This document shows, piece after piece, positions 57,867 through 64,000 of a DNA stretch of 64,000 bases. A program made the translations under genes and the position numbers. This stretch comes from Acidimicrobiia bacterium (GTDB taxonomy: Bacteria > Actinomycetota > Acidimicrobiia > Spongiisociales > ZC4RG35), in contig JBGTNX010000017.1 in assembly GCA_041742825.1 (NCBI GenBank), positions 7,716 through 71,715 of the forward strand, given 5' to 3'. Within the stretch, counting starts at the first letter, position 1. Every line of letters starts with the position of its first letter. The notes under the pieces were generated by a model, which worked only from the letters and a program-made list of their open reading frames with translations, did not search any database and was not told where the DNA came from.

Positions 57867-57897
57867 CAAAAAGAAAGCCGCCGGGTGATCCGGCGGC
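57867..57897 (-). terminator. intrinsic terminator inside the whiB7-like 5' leader (attenuator)
   Basis: GCCGCCGG-AUCAC-CCGGCGGC followed by UUUCUUUUUG, 36 nt upstream of the proposed start. Confidence 0.7.
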
Positions 57898-57925
57898 CTG
57901 TTCACGAAACGATTGTGAGATCAAA

Positions 57926-58039
57926 TCATGGATCTAGAGGCTGCCGGTTGACAGTGGCTGCGCCGCCGTCGGACGTGGGAACGGGCGCGACGAAGCCAGC
58001 CTGCTGCTGGGTGAATGCGATATTGCGCTGCTCGTTCAC
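57926..58039 (-). CDS. leader peptide uORF (37 aa) of the whiB7-like gene
   Basis: GAGAGG SD 5 nt before the GTG; MNEQRNIAFTQQQAGFVAPVPTSDGGAATVNRQPLDP*; the stop lies 28 nt before the terminator stem. Confidence 0.5.
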   Translation of the reverse strand: MNEQRNIAFTQQQAGFVAPVPTSDGGAATVNRQPLDP

Positions 58040-58065
58040 TGTTACCTCTCTTACTCGACGGCACA

Positions 58066-58112
58066 ACAATATCGATCCACAACCATTCGTCAAGGCATTT
58101 AAGAGATTTGGT
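58066..58112 (-). promoter_or_regulatory. putative whiB7-like promoter with upstream AT-rich tract
   Basis: TTGACG (58093..58088), 16-nt spacer, TATTGT (58071..58066); AAATCTCTTAAATGCC lies immediately upstream of the -35. Confidence 0.45.
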
Positions 58113-58140
58113 TGCGGTTGAATTAGGTTGGGCCGCAACC

Positions 58141-58740
58141 ATGAGCGAATACCTCGAACTGGTCGACTACAGGAGCCAGGTCGCCGACCTCTACGGGGCC
58201 GTCCGCCATTCGGACCCATCTCGGTCGACGTGGGAATCGTGGCGGCAGTCGCGGGACCGCCTTTTCGCCACCCACCCCCAATCTCCTATCGAACACATCG
58301 AGACCTTTTCCTCCCTCCCCTTCTTCGAATACCAACCGTCATGGCGCACAGACGCTGTGTTCCAGCCCGACGACGGGTTCGAGCTGGACGTGGCCAACTC
58401 GGGGAGCGACGTCACCCGGTTCACAAGGATTGGGGATGTCGAATTCGACCTTTCGGGCAGCACCCACTCGCTCGGGGTGCTCTGGCTCGAGGCCTATGGA
58501 GGCGGAATGTTCATCCCGTTCCGCGACCACACCAACGGTCACTCCACGTACGGGGGCGGGAGGTATCTCATCGACACTGTCAAAGGTGCAGACCTAGGCC
58601 GAACCGCTGATGGCATCGTGCTCGACTTCAACTACGCGTATCACCCGAGTTGCGTTCACTCGCCACGCTGGTCTTGTCCCCTGGCGCCACCCTCCAACGC
58701 CCTCGACTTCGAGGTGACCTCGGGCGAACAGCTCGTCTGA
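58141..58740 (+). CDS. DUF1684 domain protein
   Basis: Trimmed to MSEYLELVDYR; ...GGGRYL...DFNYAYHPSCVHSPRWSCPLAP... characteristic C-terminal motif. Confidence 0.7.
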   Translation: MSEYLELVDYRSQVADLYGAVRHSDPSRSTWESWRQSRDRLFATHPQSPIEHIETFSSLPFFEYQPSWRTDAVFQPDDGFELDVANSGSDVTRFTRIGDVEFDLSGSTHSLGVLWLEAYGGGMFIPFRDHTNGHSTYGGGRYLIDTVKGADLGRTADGIVLDFNYAYHPSCVHSPRWSCPLAPPSNALDFEVTSGEQLV

Positions 58741-58774
58741 ACCGCTGGGCGCTGAATTCGGATAGGGTTATGAC

Positions 58775-59236
58775 GTGTTCAGATTCATATTCAAACTGAT
58801 GCGACTCGGCATGATGGCAGCCGTCGGCTCCGCCATCGTCGCCAAGTTCATGCTCAAGTCAAACGCACAACCCACGACCCAGGAAGTGGATATGGTTGCG
58901 ATCTTCGAGGGTGAAGATCTGACGTCGACCGCCGATCCGTTCTACGGGGGGAAGGTGCTGACGATGTTCGGCGGAACCCGCCTCGACCTGCGCCAGGTGG
59001 TCCCTGCCCCGACCGGGGTCTATCTCGACCTTGCGGTGGTATTCGGGGGCCTCGACCTGGTGGTCCCTCTGGGTTGGAAGGTCGATTTCACCGGCAGAGT
59101 CATCGCGGGAGGCTTCGACGATCTCACCGCAACCGACTCGAAGGCTGACGTGACCATCGTCCATATCGGGGGTTTCGTCGCTTTTGGCGGCGTGCGTGTG
59201 GCCAATATGGCTGCAGGCGAAGTCATCTCGGCATGA
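58775..59236 (+). CDS. LiaF-like (DUF2154) membrane protein
   Basis: N-terminal TM, then the FGGTRLDL...LDLAVVFGGLDLVVP repeat pattern of cell-wall-active-antibiotic response proteins. Confidence 0.5.
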   Translation: MFRFIFKLMRLGMMAAVGSAIVAKFMLKSNAQPTTQEVDMVAIFEGEDLTSTADPFYGGKVLTMFGGTRLDLRQVVPAPTGVYLDLAVVFGGLDLVVPLGWKVDFTGRVIAGGFDDLTATDSKADVTIVHIGGFVAFGGVRVANMAAGEVISA

Positions 59237-60465
59237 CCACAACCAGAATTGACGCCAAGAAGCTGATCCCTGGCCGCGGCGAGCCGATCAGCAACGGCAC
59301 GGTGGTGCTCGAGGACAACCAGATCTCGTATGCGGGCCCGACCGACGGCGCGCCTCAGGTCGGCGATGGTGAAACCGTCAAAACGGAGACGGTGATGCCA
59401 GGCATGTGGGAGTGCCATGGCCACTTCCTTGGCCTGCTCTCCTCGAACTTCGACGAGATGTCAGGGCTCCGTCCCCAAATGGCTGCAATGCGGGTCACCC
59501 ACGACGCCCGCAACGTTTTGGACGCCGGGTTCACCTCGGTTCGGGAAATGGGCGGGTACGGCACATTCCTGGGTCGCAGCATCGACGAAGGCTGGGTGGT
59601 TGGCCCCAACGTCTATGCGAGTGGCACGATGTTGTCTCAGACCGGTGGCCACGGAGACTTCCACGGGATGCCCCTGGACCTGGCAAGAGGCCTGGTCCAG
59701 GCCCACTGGGGAGAGGACAACATCTGCGATGGTCCCGATGAGTGCCGCGCCGCTGTGCGCCGGATGCTCAGGCTCGGCGCCAAAGTGATAAAGATCCATG
59801 CCTCAGGTGGCGTGATGAGCGAGCTCGACGACCCGATCCTTCCCCAATTCTCCAAGGAGGAGCTCGAGGCGATCGTCGATGAGGCAACCCGCATGGGCCG
59901 CCTCGTCGGCGCTCATTGTCACGGGAGCCGGGGCATCATCGCCGCCCTCGAAGCCGGGGTGAAGACCATCGAACACGGCACCTATCTCAACGAGGAGGCC
60001 GCCGAATTGATGGTTGCCAAGGATGCGACTCTCGTCCCGACCCGCTTCATCGTCGAACACCTGATGTCCGACGCGGGCCTGAAGGGGCTGCCCGAGTACG
60101 CGCGTCGTAAAGGCGAAGTTGCCGCCCAGAAGCACAGCGAGGCGGTATCGCTGGCTATCGACAAGGGAGTCCGAATTGCCCTGGGCACCGACATCTGGGC
60201 CACAGGGATGTGGGGGCGCAACGCCGAGGAGCTCGGCTGGATGGTCAAGGACGGGATGACCAATCTCCAGGCGATCGAAAGTGCCACCGCCAACGGCCCT
60301 GAAACCCTCGGCCCGCAAGCACCGAAATCAGGTCAACTACTCGAAGGCTACGACGCCGACGTCATCTGCGTGTCCGGCGATCCCTCGGAAGACGTCGACA
60401 TCCTCGCCGACCCCACCAACGTCACCCACGTCTTCAAGGGCGGCACCGCCTACAAGCAGCCCTGA
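59233..60465 (+). CDS. amidohydrolase-superfamily metal-dependent hydrolase
   Basis: PGMWECHGH metal-binding HxH, KIHASGG, HCHG, C-terminal DADVI; ATGA overlap with the upstream gene. Confidence 0.8.
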   Translation: MTTTRIDAKKLIPGRGEPISNGTVVLEDNQISYAGPTDGAPQVGDGETVKTETVMPGMWECHGHFLGLLSSNFDEMSGLRPQMAAMRVTHDARNVLDAGFTSVREMGGYGTFLGRSIDEGWVVGPNVYASGTMLSQTGGHGDFHGMPLDLARGLVQAHWGEDNICDGPDECRAAVRRMLRLGAKVIKIHASGGVMSELDDPILPQFSKEELEAIVDEATRMGRLVGAHCHGSRGIIAALEAGVKTIEHGTYLNEEAAELMVAKDATLVPTRFIVEHLMSDAGLKGLPEYARRKGEVAAQKHSEAVSLAIDKGVRIALGTDIWATGMWGRNAEELGWMVKDGMTNLQAIESATANGPETLGPQAPKSGQLLEGYDADVICVSGDPSEDVDILADPTNVTHVFKGGTAYKQP

Positions 60466-60595
60466 ACCCGCGTTCCTAATGCGTGCGAATCAATAGTGAT
60501 CCACGCGGACTCCGGTTCGGGCCTGGTTTTTGCCATCGGCCGTACTGTCCGCTCCAGGGATCAAATGTGAGTCGTGGCGCCTTAGGAACGGGGTA

Positions 60596-61231
60596 CTACA
60601 CGATCCGGCGTTTGCTGGCCCAACGGGCTAGCTCGTGGCGGTTGGAGAGTTGGAGTTTGCGGAGTACCGAGGACACGTGGGTCTCGACGGTTTTTATGGA
60701 GATGTTGAGTTTCCGGGCTACCTGTTTGTAGGCGAAACCACGAGCGATGAGGCGGAGCACATCCTTCTCTCTGACGGTGAGTTGATCCATCTCCGGGTCG
60801 TCTGCGGAAGGGATTGCCCCGGCGAACGCGTCGAGGACGAACCCGGCCAGCCGCGGTGAGAACACGGCATCCCCGACGTGGATACGGCGGATTGCATCAG
60901 CGAGTTCCTCGGGGCCGATGGTCTTGGTCACATAGCCGCGGGCGCCGGCCCGGATCATCGCGATTACATCCTCGGCCCTGTCGGAGACCGACAGGGCGAG
61001 GAACTTGATGTCCGGGTTTGTTTCCGCCACCCCCTCGACCACTGCCACTCCCCCGCCATCGGGCATATGGACATCGATGAGAACCACGTCGGGCTTGAAG
61101 CTCCGGATCCCGTCGATCGCTGCATCGACATCGTGGGCAGTGCCAACAATCGAAAACTCCTCTGCGAGCTCGGCACGAACTCCGGCAAGGAACAAACGGT
61201 GGTCGTCGACAAGGAATACCTTGGTGCTCAA
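60596..61231 (-). CDS. NarL/LuxR-family response regulator (LiaR-like)
   Basis: Receiver domain (VFLVDDH...DVHMPDG) plus LuxR HTH (LTVREKDVLRLIARG...NRHELA). Confidence 0.9.
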   Translation of the reverse strand: MSTKVFLVDDHRLFLAGVRAELAEEFSIVGTAHDVDAAIDGIRSFKPDVVLIDVHMPDGGGVAVVEGVAETNPDIKFLALSVSDRAEDVIAMIRAGARGYVTKTIGPEELADAIRRIHVGDAVFSPRLAGFVLDAFAGAIPSADDPEMDQLTVREKDVLRLIARGFAYKQVARKLNISIKTVETHVSSVLRKLQLSNRHELARWASKRRIV

Positions 61232-62388
61232 CTCCCCTCCAGACTCAGGCGGATCGCAACTTCGGTGCCCTCGCCCGGCTCAGACTCGATGTTCACCTGC
61301 GCCCCCGCCTTCTCGGCACGGGCGACAATCGAATTCTCGATTCCCTTTCGGTCGGGCCCGACATCGGCCGAAACGAATCCCTTTCCCTGGTCGGTCACGA
61401 AGATTTCGATGGTGCTCTCATCGACTTCCATGTAAGCCGAGACCCGATCCGCACCGGAATGTTTGGCTGCGTTGACCATCGCCTCATTCGCGGCCCCGAG
61501 CAGGGGGCGAAGCGATTCATCGAGAGTTGCGTCGCCCACCGTGACCACATCGATCGGGATCTGATGGTCCTGCTCAACCTTGCTCGCAATCCCGCGCAGT
61601 GCTGTCGACATGAGGTCAACGCCGTCGAGGGGAAAGTTCCCATAGAGCCAGTCCCGCAACTCCCCTTCCTGGTGGCGGGCGAGCAGGCCCATCCGCACCG
61701 GGTCATCGGAGCGCTGGATCAGGGCAAGCGTTTGCAGCACCGAATCGTGGAGATGGGCAGCCATCTCCGCACGCTCCTCCTGCCTGATCCGCTCACGCCG
61801 CTCGTGTCCGAGGTCCTGGGCAAGCCGGCGCACCCATGGGCCGAAGGCTACGAGGAGCCCGAGGCCGGTGAGGGCGACTGCAAGCAACACAGCACCCAAT
61901 TCGGCAATGGGACCGATCGTGCTCGCCATGAATGCGAGCCCACCAACCAGGAGGCTCACGCCGATGAGGACCCGGACCCGCCCCGGCTGTTCCACCCCGG
62001 GATCGAGGAGCGACGATAGAGGTGAAGGCAGGTTGCGATCGGTGAGGGCTGCAACACCGAAGGAGATTGCCGTCACGATCCATACCAACGCGTCGTCGGG
62101 CCACCAGCCGAGGACCCTGGCGAAGACGAGGAACCCGAGGAACGCAAGCCCGAGCCCGATGCCCTGTTGCCCGTCGACCAGCTCCACTTCCCGGTCGTCG
62201 ACGTCGTCGAAGCTGATGAGCCATAGGACGATGTAGAGGAAAAAGCCGAGGCCCCAGATGGTAGAGAGGCTGACGAAAGCGGCGCGGACGAAGCTGTCGT
62301 GGACGCGCAGCGAATCGGCGACGCCTCCGGCGACACCGGCTGCGACGCGATCAGAACGTCGCCGGTACAGGTCGAAACTGCCTTCCAT
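61228..62388 (-). CDS. PspC-domain-containing sensor histidine kinase
   Basis: N-terminal PspC motif (RRRSDRVAAGVAGGVA), TM helices, HisKA_3-like HLHDSVLQTL, HATPase N/G boxes; ATGA-type overlap with the regulator. Confidence 0.85.
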   Translation of the reverse strand: MEGSFDLYRRRSDRVAAGVAGGVADSLRVHDSFVRAAFVSLSTIWGLGFFLYIVLWLISFDDVDDREVELVDGQQGIGLGLAFLGFLVFARVLGWWPDDALVWIVTAISFGVAALTDRNLPSPLSSLLDPGVEQPGRVRVLIGVSLLVGGLAFMASTIGPIAELGAVLLAVALTGLGLLVAFGPWVRRLAQDLGHERRERIRQEERAEMAAHLHDSVLQTLALIQRSDDPVRMGLLARHQEGELRDWLYGNFPLDGVDLMSTALRGIASKVEQDHQIPIDVVTVGDATLDESLRPLLGAANEAMVNAAKHSGADRVSAYMEVDESTIEIFVTDQGKGFVSADVGPDRKGIENSIVARAEKAGAQVNIESEPGEGTEVAIRLSLEGS

Positions 62389-62472
62389 CGACTAGATCAT
62401 CGCTGGTATCTGCACGGACCTCAATCGGGGATTCCCCTGAGCAACTAGGGGAACCTTCAGGGTCGTCCCTGA

Positions 62473-63762
62473 TTGTCCCCCGCCGCCACAATGTGGATGA
62501 TTTCGAACATGGAACAAGAAACCACGACCGCGGAGAAGCCAACTTCGCCCCCGCCCCCGACAGGGAGCAAAGAACTAACCCGCCCTCTGGACGACCGGAT
62601 CCTCGGCGGTGTTGCCGCCGGCCTCTCCAAACGACTCGATCTGCCGGTGTGGCTGATCAGAGTGCTGTTCATAGTCTTCAGCTTCGGCGGAGGTCTCGGT
62701 CTCGCCGTCTACGCGGCACTGTGGGCCTTCATCCGCTCAGAAGACGAAACAGACACCATCGCCGAAAGGTTCTTCTCGAGGACCAGCGGCACCGGCTCGT
62801 GGATCGGAATCGCTCTGATCTTCATTGCGATCCTGGTCCTGCTCGACAATGTCGCATTCCTCTCCGGAGGTGTGATTTGGGCCGTCGGCCTGCTCGCGAT
62901 CGGCCTGCTGCTCTATTCGGGCGAACTCCCGCGCCTGTTCAACGAGTTCGACAAATCAAAGGAGGGAGTTCAACAAATGACAACCACAACCAGGGTGGAT
63001 AGCGGCACACCTACAACGGTCGACCGTGTCGATGGCGGAGCCGGGTCGGCAACCCCTCCGCCGCAGAGCCCGACGCCTGCGCCGACACCGCCGATACTGC
63101 CGCCGCCCGCAGCTCCGCGCCCCAAGTCGATCCTCGGCAGGGTGACATTCGGGGTGATGGCGATTGCTCTCGGTGTCCTGGCCCTTCTCGACAATGCGAC
63201 CAGCCTGATCGACCCGAGCCCGCGCCACTACATCGGCCTGGCGATATCGATCCTCGGATTGGGGTTGATTGTTGGGGCGTTTGTCGGCCGGGCGAGGTGG
63301 CTGATCCTCGTTGGGGTCCTCGGCCTTCCGTTTCTGTTCGGATCGCCTGCCCTCGAATACGACTTCTCGGACTGGGACTCGGCCACCATTCAGCACACGC
63401 CCGGCAGCTTCGACGAGTTGCAGGGCCGCTATGAGCACTCATTCGGAGAACTGGTGATCGATCTCCGTGCACTCCCCTGGGAGGGTGAAGCAGTTGACAT
63501 CGAAATCGACATGAACATCGGTGAACTGGTGATCCTCGTCCCTGACGACGTTGCGGTGACCGGCCTCGCCGAAGTGGGAATCGGCCACGTCGAATTCCAC
63601 CGGGCTCAATCATCGGGACTCGGCCCGGACCTGATCTTGAACTCCCCGGGCTCCAGGGGCTCGATCAACCTCAATGCATCGCTGGCAATCGGCCAAATCG
63701 ACATCGACGGCGACCCGAACGGTGCATTCCTCCCGCTCCCCCTGCCCCCTACCGCGCCTTAA
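62473..63762 (+). CDS. PspC-domain membrane protein with LiaF-like C-terminal domain
   Basis: LTRPLDDRILGGVAAGLSKRL PspC motif, multiple TMs, Pro-rich linker, DUF2154-like tail; the start may be an internal Met. Confidence 0.75.
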   Translation: MSPAATMWMISNMEQETTTAEKPTSPPPPTGSKELTRPLDDRILGGVAAGLSKRLDLPVWLIRVLFIVFSFGGGLGLAVYAALWAFIRSEDETDTIAERFFSRTSGTGSWIGIALIFIAILVLLDNVAFLSGGVIWAVGLLAIGLLLYSGELPRLFNEFDKSKEGVQQMTTTTRVDSGTPTTVDRVDGGAGSATPPPQSPTPAPTPPILPPPAAPRPKSILGRVTFGVMAIALGVLALLDNATSLIDPSPRHYIGLAISILGLGLIVGAFVGRARWLILVGVLGLPFLFGSPALEYDFSDWDSATIQHTPGSFDELQGRYEHSFGELVIDLRALPWEGEAVDIEIDMNIGELVILVPDDVAVTGLAEVGIGHVEFHRAQSSGLGPDLILNSPGSRGSINLNASLAIGQIDIDGDPNGAFLPLPLPPTAP

Positions 63763-63780
63763 ACCTAAAGGACCAAAGAA

Positions 63781-64000
63781 ATGAAACCACACAAATTCGA
63801 CACACTTTCCTTCATATCGGGGCTGGTATTTACCGGTTTCGGGCTCATGTTCCTGATCCCCAGCGACACCGGTGACCTGATCGATTTGTTCGTCGACGCC
63901 GGGAGCTGGGCCTGGCCCCTGATCCTGCTCGGAATCGGCCTCGCCATCGTCGTCCCCGTTTTCCTCAAGTCTGAAGACTCAGAGGAGGATCAGACCGAGG
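63781..64000 (+). CDS. small membrane protein, 3' end outside window
   Basis: Hand-translated MKPHKFDTLSFISGLVFTGFGLMFLIP...WAWPLILLGIGLAIVVPVFL...; open to the window edge. Confidence 0.5.
   Translation, partial: MKPHKFDTLSFISGLVFTGFGLMFLIPSDTGDLIDLFVDAGSWAWPLILLGIGLAIVVPVFLKSEDSEEDQTE

Noticed and set aside
57831-57905. A longer WhiB start at GTG 57905 (129-aa form)
   Set aside because: It would place a perfect GC hairpin plus U-tract terminator inside the coding region and add a non-conserved N-terminus. The shorter start has an AGGA Shine-Dalgarno and a WhiB7-like length.
1-64000. CRISPR arrays, rRNA genes, intact transposons or prophage, toxin-antitoxin or known defence-system genes
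   Set aside because: None seen. The only clear repeat found by eye is the 28-bp rnpB duplication, and the only recombinase is the decayed fragment at 38848..39266.

Overview
High-GC chromosomal segment, almost certainly actinobacterial (WhiB-family regulator, F420-type luciferase-like oxidoreductase, PspC-domain histidine kinase). It is mostly core metabolism in tightly packed operons. These include fabD-fabH-fabG-acpP, a glycine-betaine-type ABC importer, and a complete argCJBDFRGH operon joined by 4-nt start/stop overlaps. There is also a complete System I cytochrome c maturation operon (ccmABCDEF, ccmH/I fusion, ccmG-like), plus RNase P RNA, tRNA-Val, a sigma-70 factor and an envelope-stress PspC/LiaF/kinase/LuxR module. 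No CRISPR, rRNA or intact mobile element is visible. Five observations stand out. (1) A thioredoxin-fold lipoprotein gene has an in-frame TGA exactly where the first Cys of WCxxC belongs, followed by a SECIS-like hairpin, so it is a candidate selenoprotein that the ORF track splits in two. (2) A decayed integrative element of about 1.7 kb sits in the 3' end of rnpB, bounded by a perfect 28-bp direct repeat and carrying a frameshifted tyrosine integrase whose catalytic Tyr has become Cys. (3) A WhiB7-like gene with an AT-hook is preceded by a promoter, an SD-led uORF and an intrinsic terminator in its leader, which is an attenuator layout. (4) A divergent alpha-oxoamine synthase lies directly upstream of an orphan polytopic histidine kinase, an arrangement reminiscent of CqsA/CqsS. 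(5) A membrane-anchored lipase/cutinase-fold protein has its nucleophile Ser replaced by Gly. All functional calls come from motif recognition by eye; no searches were run.
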